Shown piece by piece: positions 37,127 to 46,888 of a stretch of 64,000 nt of DNA. Positions within the stretch are counted from its first letter, which is position 1. The number at the start of each line of letters is the position of its first letter. A program made the translations under genes and the position numbers. This stretch comes from a virus (Duplodnaviria; Caudoviricetes): positions 1 through 64,000 of IMG/VR virus record IMGVR_UViG_3300036824_000037. One strand, given 5' to 3'. The notes beneath the pieces are model-generated. The model saw nothing but the letters and a program-made list of their open reading frames with translations, did not search any database and had not been told where the DNA came from.

Positions 37127-40011
37127 CGGCCTTCGGGGTCTCGTTGTTGCGGGCGTATACGGCCCCGTCGCGCCACAGGAGGGCCAGGTGGCCGCTCAGG
37201 GCGAGCGCGAGCGTGGAGTCCAGCGCGAGGCCCAGGCGCTCCAGGGTGGCGTCGACCGCGGTGTGGCACGCGGCCACAGCGGCGGGGCTCAGGGTGTCCG
37301 CTGCGTTGTCGCGGCGGGCGGAGGCGAGGTGGATGACGGGTGCGTCGCCGATGCGGGTGACCGACGCGAGGCCGGGCGCGCTGGTGGTGTGCCGGTTCAT
37401 CAGGCACCCGCCGTCTCGCTGCGCAGTGCCTCGCCGCGGTAGTAGTCGGCCCTGGCGGTGTCGCCGGTCAGCAGCGCGTCGTACGCGAGCAGCGCCATGG
37501 CGAGCGGCCGGATCTGGTCGGGTTCCAGCGAGATGCTGGTCATTCCGCCGATCACGGTTAGCAGCGTCTGCTCGGCGGGTCGGGAGAGGAACAGGGACGC
37601 GAGGTCGACGGCGTCGCCGGCGTGGGTGCGCTCGCCGAAGTCGATGTCCAGGGTGTCGCTGAAGCACGCCCCGGTGTATGTGGGGTCGTTGGGGTCCAGC
37701 GGGTGCTCGGTGCACCAGCTCCCGTGGGTGAGCGGGGGCCGGTCCGGGGTGCTCATGCGGCACCGCCGGTGGTGTTGCGGTGGTAGGCGTGGCTGATCTC
37801 GGCTGCGGCGTGCGCGAGGTCGCTCAGGTCCTCGGGGTGCAGGGGCAGGCGGATCTCGGGGCGTGCGGCGGCGATCGAGAGCAGCACGGTGCGGGACGCG
37901 GCCAGCTCCGGGGTGGTGTCGGCGAGGGCGGTCAGTTGCTCGTTGCTGAGCGAGCCCAGGACGGCCAGGCCCCGCTCTACGGCGCTGTGCCGCTGTACTG
38001 TGGTTGTCACGATCCGTTTCCTTCCGGAGGCTGGCGGGTCATCTGGCCCTCGATCGGTAGCCGCCGGTCGGGGGCCGCTGGTTTTCGCGGCGGTCGGTGC
38101 TGACGCGGTCTGGGCGCCGCGCGGGCCGGGGAGGTGTGCGTCCCGCGCGGCTGCCACACCGGTCAGTTGCTGTGACGGTTACGGGCCAGGGCGCGCTCGA
38201 GCTTGTGGCGGCGCCACACCTTGGCGTCGGCGACGGCCTGCGCGTCGTGGTGCAGGAGCGCGGCCGGGTTGGGGTCGGGGGCGTGGGCGGCGCAGTGGCG
38301 GCAGCCGTCGCAGTTGGCGTCGAACTGGTTCGCGTTGCAAGCCATCGGAGGGGCCTTCCGGGTCGGTGCGGGCGGGGGTAGGGCCGGTCAGTTCCGGGCG
38401 CTGCCCGACGTGCCGAGACCGGCGCGCGCGACCTGGTCGCGCTGCTTGTTGATGCGGGGGTCGAGCTGCACGGACGCGGTGTCGCCCGCCTTCAGCGCGG
38501 CCCGGAGCTTGTCGTCGCTCGCCTGCGACGCGGCTTTGGTGGCGTCCATGGCCATGGGGTTGGTCTCCTTCGCGTTTGGGTTCGGGCTGAGTGCCCGCGG
38601 CCACCCGGCCGGTGGATTAGCTGCTGGCCGAGCGCGCCTGGTTGAGCAGGTCTTGCGCCTGCCGGTCGGACACGAAGCGGCCCTGATCGGCCAGGGCGCC
38701 GCGCAGTTGCCGGGCGGTGACCGGGCCGCGGACGGCCTCGACCTCGCGCACGACTGCGGTCACTGCGGCGGTGTCGCGCTTGCTCTGCCTGTCCTGTCGG
38801 TTGAACATGGGGCGTCTCCTTCGTTCCTGGTCGGTGTTGTGCCGGGCGGTTCGGGCGTCCGGCGGCCCTGGCGCGAAGCCGCCGGGACGGGGGTCAGGTC
38901 CGCACGTACGCGCGGTGCGCGTCCCGCAGCACCGCCGCGGCCTTCATCAGGTGCCCCGCGAGGTCCTCCTGGTCGAGCGAGGTGAACCGCGGGTCGTCCT
39001 GCAAGGGGCCGGCCAGGATCTCGAGCTGGTGGACGGCTTCGGCGACGGCGTTGGCCGCGTCGCTCAGCGCCTGCCCGAGGGCTTCGGTGGCCTGGGCGGG
39101 GTCGTCGTTGCGGGTCATGCGGGGCTCCGTTCGGGGTCGGTCGGTTGGGTGGTTGGCCGCCCGCGCCCTGGGTGCGGCACGGGGCGCGGGCGGCCGGTCT
39201 GGGGCTACTTGCGGCGCCAGCCCGCGCTGCGGATCGCGGCGGCGTCCTCGCGGGCGCCCACACCATCGACGAGCGTGCGGGCGAGCGACGCCGCGGTGTC
39301 GCGGGAACCGGTGCGGTACCCGTTGCGTTGTGCGGCGGCGGCGAGGTCGGACTTGGTCGCGTTGTCCACGATCGCGCGGGCCTCGGCGCGGGTGGTGGCC
39401 TTGCTCAGCCGGTCGGCGATGCTCATCGGGGTTGCCTTTCGGGGTCGGGTGGTGGCGGTTCTCGGGGTCAGCGCTCGGCGAGGCTCAGCTCGTTGCGCGC
39501 GATCATGAGGGCGGTCTCGGCGCTGTCGGTGGCGGCGCGGGTCAGGAACGCGGCTTGCGGCAGGTCGGTGCCGGCCTGGGTGAGCAGCGCGATGGCCCGG
39601 GTCAGGTTGTCCACGGCCCGGCGGGCCTGTGCGGCGGACATGGGGGGCTCCTTCGGGGCCGGGGTGATCGGGCCGTTGCCGGCCAGCGCGCGGCGGACCG
39701 CGTCCAAGCCCTCGGCCCGGTAGCGGCGGGTGGTCTCGCTGGTGACGTCGCCGGGGTCGGCGGCGGGCGGGAAAACGGCGGCGCTCTCGGTCTCGTCGTC
39801 CGGGACGCGGGTCAGCGGCGCGTACTGCGCCAGCCACGCCGAGGGCTTCCTGTCGCGGTTGTAGCCGCCGAGACAGCGGAAGCTCCAGGTGTCGCCGTGG
39901 CGGCCCCAGAACTTCTTCCACTGCGCGCCCTGGTTGTCGGTGACGACGGCGTGGGTCGGGAGCGCGTCGAGCTCGGCTGCGGTGGTGATCAGGGCGGCGG
40001 CGAGGGTCATC
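37119..40011 (-). other. Operon of about nine small hypothetical CDSs
   Basis: For example 37400-37756, 38163-38345, 38617-38808, 38894-39118 and 39205-39426, with AAGGAG/GAAAGG RBSs. Confidence 0.5.
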
Positions 40012-40024
40012 GGGGGCTCCGTTC

Positions 40025-40303
40025 TTAGGCCGCGGCGGACGCGGGGGCGGGGGACTCGAGGTCGGCGTACGTCGTGCGCGCCGGGTGGTGCGTGACGATC
40101 GAACGCGCGATGGTGCGGCGCTCGAGGTAAGCCAGCACCGACGCTCGCGAGACGCGGACGATTCGGCCGGTCGGGCCGAGCCGAGCGACGTCGAACTCGC
40201 CGTCGTCGATCGCGCGCCACACGGACGACTTGCTGAGCCCGGTCATCGCGCACACCTCGACGACCTTGAGCATGTGCTCGCTGGTCAGGGTGGTGGTGTC
40301 CAT
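40025..40303 (-). CDS. Excisionase/AlpA-type HTH protein
   Basis: MLKVVEVCAMTGLSKSSVWRAIDDGEF...RVSRASVLAYL; AAGGAG RBS. Confidence 0.8.
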   Translation of the reverse strand: MDTTTLTSEHMLKVVEVCAMTGLSKSSVWRAIDDGEFDVARLGPTGRIVRVSRASVLAYLERRTIARSIVTHHPARTTYADLESPAPASAAA

Positions 40304-40346
40304 CGGACTTGGCTCCTTCGTTGTCGCTTGTCTTAATAAGACCACC

Positions 40347-40382
40347 CATCCCTAGGGATGTCAACTGGATCCCTGGGGATGT
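40347..40382. promoter_or_regulatory. Palindromic operators CATCCCTAGGGATG overlapping a TTGACA box
   Basis: Perfect copy at 40347-40360, variant at 40369-40381, third copy at 41253-41265 upstream of the GntR gene. Confidence 0.75.
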
Positions 40383-40451
40383 AGTATGTTCTCTGGTACC
40401 AGAAAGCCCCGGCGTCTCCGAAGAGACAGCCGGGGCTTAGGCCCTACGCGA

Positions 40452-41195
40452 CTAGGCGGTGATATCGAATTGCAGCGTGAAGACCGTCGAGTCCAGCACC
40501 ATCTCGTTGATCTCGACCACACGCCCAGCCTCGTCAAAGGCCGACCGCAGTTCGGTCAGCACGGGCACGGACGAGCTGACGCCCAAGCGCGCGACCTCTT
40601 CGCGCGTCGGATTGCGTGCGTTCACCAGGACCTCGAACCGGACCGGGCTGTGCCCGGCGTCGGCCAGGCGCGCGTACGTCCCGCCAGGGCCCGTGTCCTC
40701 CTGCGTGATGAGCGTGCCCTCGGCAATCTCCTCCGGGACGTACGAGTTCGCGAGCAGCACCACCTGCTCGCCGACCTTGTAGCCGCGGCTGCGGGACCAC
40801 GTCTTGACCTGGCCGAGCGCCAGCGCGATGTGGGCCGGCGCGTCGGCACGTCTGATGATCAGGTCTTCAGGCGTCGGCACGGTGCCGATGTCCTCGATCC
40901 ACATCGACCGGCCGTCACCCCAGACGCTCGCCAGCAGTCGCTTCGTCTCGTTGCGCACGATCTTGTGACTCGATCGGACGAAGAATCCCTTACCGCGCTG
41001 CGCCGCGATCAGCCCCTCGCGTTCGAGGATGGCCAGCGCGGAGCGGGTGGTCGGCCTGGCCACTCCGTATTCCTTCGCAAGGTCACTCTCCATGGGGAGT
41101 TGGTCGCCCGGTTTGAGGCTGCCCGATTTGATCCGCGTGCGGATCTTTTCGGCCACCTGCTCGAACTTGGGCGCCTGCGCGCGGCGACCTGGCAT
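40452..41195 (-). CDS. GntR/HutC-family regulator with UTRA domain (KorSA-like)
   Basis: LKPGDQLPMESDLAKEYGVARPTTRSALAILEREGLI...GKGFFV plus UTRA-like C-terminus. Confidence 0.92.
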   Translation of the reverse strand: MPGRRAQAPKFEQVAEKIRTRIKSGSLKPGDQLPMESDLAKEYGVARPTTRSALAILEREGLIAAQRGKGFFVRSSHKIVRNETKRLLASVWGDGRSMWIEDIGTVPTPEDLIIRRADAPAHIALALGQVKTWSRSRGYKVGEQVVLLANSYVPEEIAEGTLITQEDTGPGGTYARLADAGHSPVRFEVLVNARNPTREEVARLGVSSSVPVLTELRSAFDEAGRVVEINEMVLDSTVFTLQFDITA

Positions 41196-41385
41196 ACGCC
41201 TCTCCCTCGTGGGTTGGGGTGGGTGCGACTCTCGCTCCCGCGGTCCAACCGTACATCCCTAGGGACCTGCCGTAACTACAGCAACAGCCTCACTTCCCAG
41301 GCTTGGACGATCGGAGTACGGAGTTGAGCCGGTTCGCAGTGGAGTGGGCTAAGCGAAACCGACTGACGTCGACCAGGCGGTGCAC

Positions 41386-42369
41386 ATGAGCGCGTCGCCG
41401 GATGTCCAGCGCAAGCACCGCGCGGCGGACGCGTTCCTCGAACGCGGCTGGCATCTGATCCTGATCGGGCCGACCCGCAAACCCCTGCGCAACTGCGACC
41501 TGTGCCGCGACGCGACCGACAACGAGCACTACGTGCCCCACGGCAGCGTCGAGGACTGCCCCCACGAGCCGGAGACCTGCCACGGCTGGCAGGCCGGAAC
41601 CCTCGACCCGCACCGCGTACACCGGCTGATCGAGGCGAACCCGTCCGCGAACCTCGGCGTCGTCACCTCCCTCTCCCGCCTCGTGGTGATCGACCTCGAC
41701 GTCAACAAGCGGGGCGCCGCGCCGCCGGAGACGTACCGCGGCATGCTCGGGATCAACGACGGATGGGACGCGTTCGCCGCCGTGCTGCAACGCTACGAGC
41801 AGCGCTGGCCGGACGACACCCTGACCCTCGACACCCCGTCCGGCGGACTGCACCTGTGGTGGACGCTCCCGGCCGGGCTCACCATCACCTCATCCAGCGA
41901 GGGCAAATTCGCGTGGCTCGTGGACGTGCGCGCGCAGGGCTCGTACGTGCCCGCGCCGGGCACCCGCACCCGCGACGGCGAATACAAGCGCTGGGCCGGA
42001 GTGATGGACCCGGCGCCCGCACCCGGCTGGCTCCTGTCGCACCTGAAGGCCACCGGACACTTCCCCGAGCCAGCCAAGCCGCGCGGCACGTACCGCTTCA
42101 CGCCGAAGCCGGGCGCCGCAACGGATGGCGAGGAACGCCTGGGCCGGATCGCCGACGCCCTCGTCTCGGCGCCGGAGCACACCGGACACGCCGCACTGTG
42201 CACCGCGACTACGGCCGCCGCCCACCTGGTCGCGGACGGAATCGTGGACGAGGCCCGCGCCTACGATGTGATCCTGGACGCCGGCCGAGCGCGCGACCGC
42301 ACCGACCCGGAGATCAAATCGGCGTGGCGCACCGCGCTCGCCAAGGCCGAAACGGGGAACCATCGGTGA
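41386..42369 (+). CDS. Bifunctional DNA primase/polymerase (Prim-Pol)
   Basis: ANLGV...LVVIDLD...TPSGGLHLW...DVRAQGSYVPAPG. Confidence 0.92.
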   Translation: MSASPDVQRKHRAADAFLERGWHLILIGPTRKPLRNCDLCRDATDNEHYVPHGSVEDCPHEPETCHGWQAGTLDPHRVHRLIEANPSANLGVVTSLSRLVVIDLDVNKRGAAPPETYRGMLGINDGWDAFAAVLQRYEQRWPDDTLTLDTPSGGLHLWWTLPAGLTITSSSEGKFAWLVDVRAQGSYVPAPGTRTRDGEYKRWAGVMDPAPAPGWLLSHLKATGHFPEPAKPRGTYRFTPKPGAATDGEERLGRIADALVSAPEHTGHAALCTATTAAAHLVADGIVDEARAYDVILDAGRARDRTDPEIKSAWRTALAKAETGNHR

Positions 42370-43760
42370 GCGCACCCGCCGTCACCAACACCGGCCTCGT
42401 CGAGAGCGACGAACCGGACCCGTGGGCCGTCGTCGATCCGCCGGGGCGCGCGCCCGCAGATCGTCCCGGCCTGCTGCCGGAGGAGTTCTGGGACGCGCGC
42501 GCCGTGTTCAACCACATCCGACGGGCGGCCCACTCACAGGCGTGCTCCGGCGATGTGGCCTTCTGGGCGACGCTTTCCCGCCTCTCCGCGATGCTCTCGC
42601 ACCACATCCGCGCCCAGACGGACATCGCCGACCGCGCATCGCTGAATTTGTTCGCTGCGCCGGTCGGGCCGTCCGGCACCGGGAAGTCCACCGGGGCGAG
42701 GGTCGCCCGCAAGATGATGCCGACGCCGTTCGAAGGCTTCCTCGACGGCATGCCGATCGGCACCGGGGAGGGGATCGCCGAGGCGCTGATGGGTACCGTT
42801 GACCAGGACACGGGCAAGTTCAACAAGGGGGAGCCCGTCACGATCAAGGTCCGCAAGCAGGTGCGGCACAACGTCTTCTACTACGTGGATGAGGGCGCGA
42901 CGCTCGCTCAGATCGCGTCCCGGCCGGGCTCCACGCTCGGTGAGGCGATCCGCAGCGCGGCGATCGGCGAGTCCCTGGGGCAGACCAACGCGTCGGAGGA
43001 ACGCAGACGGTTCATCGAGGCAGAGACCTACAGCATGGGCATGGTCATCGGGTTCCAGCCCAGCACCGCTCTGCCACTGCTTTTGGAGTCCGGCAAGGGG
43101 ACGCCGCAGCGATTCTTCTGGCTTTGGTCGATCGACCCGTCCATCCCGCGCAGGGGCTTCCCGTGGCCCGGTGGGATCGAGATTCCCGGGGAGTTCATCT
43201 CCCGCGACTGCCCGCTGGACGTGACGTTCCCGCAGCGGATCAAGGACGAGTTGCGCGACGCGCTGGTTGACCGGGCCACGGGGGAAGTCGAGGTTGCGGA
43301 ACTCGACGGGCACGCGGGCCTGATGAAGGTGAAGGCGGCCGCGCTGTTCGCGCTGCTCGACGGTCGCACGGACGCCAGCGAAGAGGACTGGTCCCTCGCT
43401 GAGGTCGCGTGGGCGTGCTCGTGCGCTGTGCGGGACGCGCTGATCGAGCGCGCGCAGCGTGAGGCTGCGGTGCAGCGCGAGCGGGAAGACGACGCCAAGG
43501 TGCGCCTCGCCGTGCGGACGCACGACGCGAAGAGTTCGGCCGACCGCGACGCTCGGCGTATCGGTCTCGCGATCTGGCGCCACGCATCCCGATCCGGAGG
43601 CATCTCCCTCGGAGCATGCCGTAAGGCGCTCGCTGGCCGGGACCGGGATCTCTTCGACAAGGGCCTCGACTACGCGGAGGCGGAGGGCTGGGTGTTCGTA
43701 GAGAGGAACCAGATCTGCGTCTGCGCGGGCGTCGCGCCGGAAGGTGGACAGCGGTCGTGA
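42366..43760 (+). CDS. P-loop replication protein/helicase (DUF3987-like) with C-terminal winged helix
   Basis: GTGA coupling to Prim-Pol; LNLFAAPVGPSGTGKST, YYVDEG, GFQP and GTPQRF motifs. Confidence 0.75.
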   Translation: MSAPAVTNTGLVESDEPDPWAVVDPPGRAPADRPGLLPEEFWDARAVFNHIRRAAHSQACSGDVAFWATLSRLSAMLSHHIRAQTDIADRASLNLFAAPVGPSGTGKSTGARVARKMMPTPFEGFLDGMPIGTGEGIAEALMGTVDQDTGKFNKGEPVTIKVRKQVRHNVFYYVDEGATLAQIASRPGSTLGEAIRSAAIGESLGQTNASEERRRFIEAETYSMGMVIGFQPSTALPLLLESGKGTPQRFFWLWSIDPSIPRRGFPWPGGIEIPGEFISRDCPLDVTFPQRIKDELRDALVDRATGEVEVAELDGHAGLMKVKAAALFALLDGRTDASEEDWSLAEVAWACSCAVRDALIERAQREAAVQREREDDAKVRLAVRTHDAKSSADRDARRIGLAIWRHASRSGGISLGACRKALAGRDRDLFDKGLDYAEAEGWVFVERNQICVCAGVAPEGGQRS

Positions 43761-44009
43761 GTCGCCGAGGTGGACAAACTCCGACAGGTGGACACGATGT
43801 CCACCCCGCCGACCTGCGGTGGACAGGTGGACACGATGTCCACCTGTCTCGCTCGAACCCCCACGAAGCCCCGCTTCAGATGCGCGGAATATATAACAAA
43901 AAGGACATCAGATTCTTTCACGCGGGAGGACCCGCGAGGGTGGACATGTCCACCTGTCCACCTGTCCACCCCAGGTCAGGGCAGGTTTCGCGTGTCCACC
44001 TTGTCCACC
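43743..44009. repeat. Iteron-type replication origin: 13 copies of GGTGGACA/TGTCCACC around an AT-rich core
   Basis: Copies at 43743, 43769, 43787, 43798, 43818, 43826, 43837, 43939, 43947, 43955, 43963, 43993 and 44002; AATATATAACAAAAA near 43888-43902. Confidence 0.85.
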
Positions 44010-44023
44010 TCGCACCGGGTGAG

Positions 44024-44743
44024 TCAGCCAGCGTGCGGGGTGGGGTCTTCCAGGTGCCGCTGCACGCTCTCCGCCACGGCCTCGACCGCCGACTCCACCA
44101 GCGCCGTCTCCGTCTTCAGCGCCGCGATGTCCGCGCGCACCTGCCCGAACTCCGCATCCACCCGGTCGAACCGGCGGTCCACCCGGGTCGCGTTGCGGTC
44201 GAACCGCTTGGACAGCTCGTCCAACTCGCGCTCGTGCTTGTGCGCGAGCGTGGACAGCACCTCGATGTCCGCATTCACGTTGTCGATCTTCGCGTGGACG
44301 GAGGCGAACCCCGACTCCATCCGCTCACCCAAACCGGCGATCGCGGCCAGCACCCCGTCAAGGGTCGGCTCAAAGGCGCCCGGGTCGGTCATACCACCAC
44401 CGTAGCCAATCGGGTTGTCGTGTTGAAGACGTGCACGGATCTGCTCCACCAAGCCCCCGTACCCGGCCGCGGCCAGCGCCTCGAGGCCGGGGGCGTGCAG
44501 GGTCGCGGCGATGGCCAGGACCGTCTCGGGGGGAGGGATCGCGCCCGCATGCAGAAGCGCCGCCGACATGCCGTGGCTGATGTTGCCCCGGCCGCGCTGA
44601 GCCAACTCGGCGCGGCCCATGGTGGAGTGTTCCATCGCGACGCTCAGCCAGTTGCGCCACGCCTGCACTCTCGCTCTGTTCGACTTTCCCCGGACCACCA
44701 CGGCCGGAGTCTGCTCGGAGGGTTCGGGCGCGGGCTGCGACAT
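44024..44743 (-). CDS. XRE-like HTH plus coiled-coil protein (possible second start at 44392)
   Basis: RAELAQRG...P.PETVLAIAATL followed by heptad repeats; both ATGs have TAnnnT 6 nt upstream. Confidence 0.55.
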   Translation of the reverse strand: MSQPAPEPSEQTPAVVVRGKSNRARVQAWRNWLSVAMEHSTMGRAELAQRGRGNISHGMSAALLHAGAIPPPETVLAIAATLHAPGLEALAAAGYGGLVEQIRARLQHDNPIGYGGGMTDPGAFEPTLDGVLAAIAGLGERMESGFASVHAKIDNVNADIEVLSTLAHKHERELDELSKRFDRNATRVDRRFDRVDAEFGQVRADIAALKTETALVESAVEAVAESVQRHLEDPTPHAG

Positions 44744-44823
44744 GCCGTCAACGTATCCGCCACGTCTCGCGTCCGAGAGTGGTTGGCCGAAACCTGTCCC
44801 GCCGAAGCATGGAAGGGGACACC

Positions 44824-45881
44824 ATGACCACCGAAACCACCGCGCGCGCCCGCCGCAGCCGCCGGCCATCCAACGCGGACCGCTCGCACCGCCTCGACGA
44901 CCTCACCGCGTGGCTCACCGCCCGCAACAGCGTGGCACCCACGCAGAACCAGGAGACCCGCTCATGCTGATGCTCGAAGGCGCCCTGATCGCGCTCGGCG
45001 CGTTCCTGCTCGGCCGCGTACTGCCCGGCCGACGCCGCACACCCAAACCCGCGCCGCCACCCCGGCCGATCTGCGACTGCCGGCACAGCATCAGCTTCCA
45101 CACCGACGGAACCGGCGGCTGCGCGTGGGTGGGCGAGAAGTTCTACAAGTCCGGCTGCGGCGCGATCACCCCGAAGTGCACCTGCCTGCGGTACGTCGGC
45201 CCGACCCCGCTGCCGGAGTACTTCGCCAACGAGATCAGCGCGACATGACCGCCCTGCCGCCGGAGATCACCCGCAACCTCGACGCGCACCGCACCGCGCT
45301 CGCGTTCATCCGCGCCATGCTCACCGACCGGATCGACGACGCACTCGAGCTGTGGTTCACCTGCCCCGAAGACCAGCGCATCGACATCGGCTTCGCCCTC
45401 GCCACCCAAGCCGCCGCATACCTGAGCGCCCGATGCGGCGGAGGGGAAGCCGGCGGCCGGATGGCGCTCCGCTACGCCGACGAGACGCTGCTGGCCATGG
45501 CGCAGGAGGACGGCGGATGAGCGCCCCGGCTGGCTTCGAGCCTTATCGAACAACACCCCGGCCCGCTGCCGGGCCATCCCCGCTAGCAAGGAGGCACCAC
45601 CCATGACCCTGACCGCCCTCGACGCCCTAGACACTGACCTGCTCGACGCCCTCGCGGCTGTGGAGCGGGCACGCCGACGACTCGAACAGGCGCGGTCGGC
45701 CGGCGGATCCACCGTTCGCGGATCCACCGCCGGCGTACCCGCGCTCGCCGCAGCGTCGGACCCGAACCGCGCGCAGCGTCCGGACGAGTGCGTCATCCGG
45801 GGCGTCCGCTACCGCCTCGTGCCCAACGCGCACGAGGTGATCGAGGCGGCACTGGCCCGGAAGACGGCCGCACGTGGTTGA
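44824..45881 (+). other. Small hypothetical CDSs (44824-44970, 44964-45248, 45245-45520, 45603-45881)
   Basis: RBS-preceded, mostly coupled ORFs. Confidence 0.55.
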
Positions 45882-45883
45882 GG

Positions 45884-46450
45884 TCGCCCCGCGCCAAAGA
45901 GCGGCCAGGCCGCGCCTCACCCCGCCAGGGCGCGTCGCGCCAAACCGGGCCGGGCCATGCCACGCCTGCCATACCTGGCCCGTCCTCGCCGCGACGCGCC
46001 CAGCCAGGCCGGACCCCGCCTGCCGTGCCATGCCTGGCGATACCTCGCCTAGCCACGCCTGCCACACCAAGTCGGAACCCGACCCACCTGGCCAATCCGG
46101 GACTGGACGCACCATGACGTGCCGGAACGCGCCTGCCAGTACCTGCCAAGCCATACCGAGCCGAGCCCGGACCTGCCGTGCCTGCCGCGCCATGCCGTGC
46201 CGGGCTCTGCCGGGACGGGACACGCCGGGACTCGCGATGCCCTACCTGCCCCACCGAGCCGGGCCTAGCCTATCCGCGCCCTGCCTGGACGAGTCCGACC
46301 GAACCGGGCCTGCCGGGACCCGCCAAGCCTCGCCGTGCCTCAACGCGCCTATCCGTGCCGAGCCCGAACTCGCCCCGCCTGCCGGGCCATGCCAAGCCAA
46401 ACCGCGCCAAAACCACCGTGCCCAACCACGCCAGGACGTGCCTGCCGCGC
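45884..46450 (-). repeat. (GGY-NN)n pentamer array with 11 GGCAGGY delimiters; putative multi-guide ncRNA
   Basis: Near-strict 5-nt register; delimiters (plus-strand RCCTGCC) at 45964, 46018, 46057, 46131, 46141, 46171, 46180, 46244, 46308, 46377 and 46440. Confidence 0.9.
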
Positions 46451-46888
46451 TCACGCAGCGGCGCTATCCGCCCCGCCGACGTCCTGACGCACCATCGCCA
46501 CGAACTCCTCGAACTCCCTGTAGCGGCGATACAGCGCCTTCCACTCCCGCTCCATCGCCCGCAACACCAACTCGCTGCGAAAAGGATCCTCCCGCACCTC
46601 CTCGGCCGGGTCGTACGCGTACCCGTCCTTCGACGGCACCGACACGAACGCCCGCACCGACTTGGCCGGCCCCGACTCGTCGGCCTCCCGGTACGCGATC
46701 CGCACACTGCGGATCAACTCGCGCGCCTGGTGCAGCCGGTACGCCTCGCCCGCGGCCGAGTCGTCCCACTCGAACCGCGAGTGCAGCGGATGCGACGGCT
46801 CGCGCGCGGCGGTCACCACGTGCCTGTCTGCGAGCGTTCCGTACTGTGAACGGATCGCCAGCAGTTCCGAACGCAGGTCGGTGCTCAC
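46451..46888 (-). CDS. Partner protein of the RAMP-like gene
   Basis: 145 aa, GTGA-coupled to the upstream gene; HPLHSRFEWDDSAAGEAYRLHQARELI motif. Confidence 0.8.
   Translation of the reverse strand: MSTDLRSELLAIRSQYGTLADRHVVTAAREPSHPLHSRFEWDDSAAGEAYRLHQARELIRSVRIAYREADESGPAKSVRAFVSVPSKDGYAYDPAEEVREDPFRSELVLRAMEREWKALYRRYREFEEFVAMVRQDVGGADSAAA

Noticed and set aside
43743-44009. Octamer cluster as the TraB clt locus
   Set aside because: Inverted arrangement around an AT-rich core next to replication genes fits an origin; clt repeats are direct and usually near traB.
46384-46439. First array unit targeting the cassette's own promoter (TTxGCxTT at ~47603-47611)
   Set aside because: Only three dinucleotides match and flanking ones do not; consistent with chance.
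45884-46450. Canonical CRISPR array
   Set aside because: No 23-47-bp direct repeats with unique spacers; the constant elements are 3-nt motifs and 7-nt delimiters.
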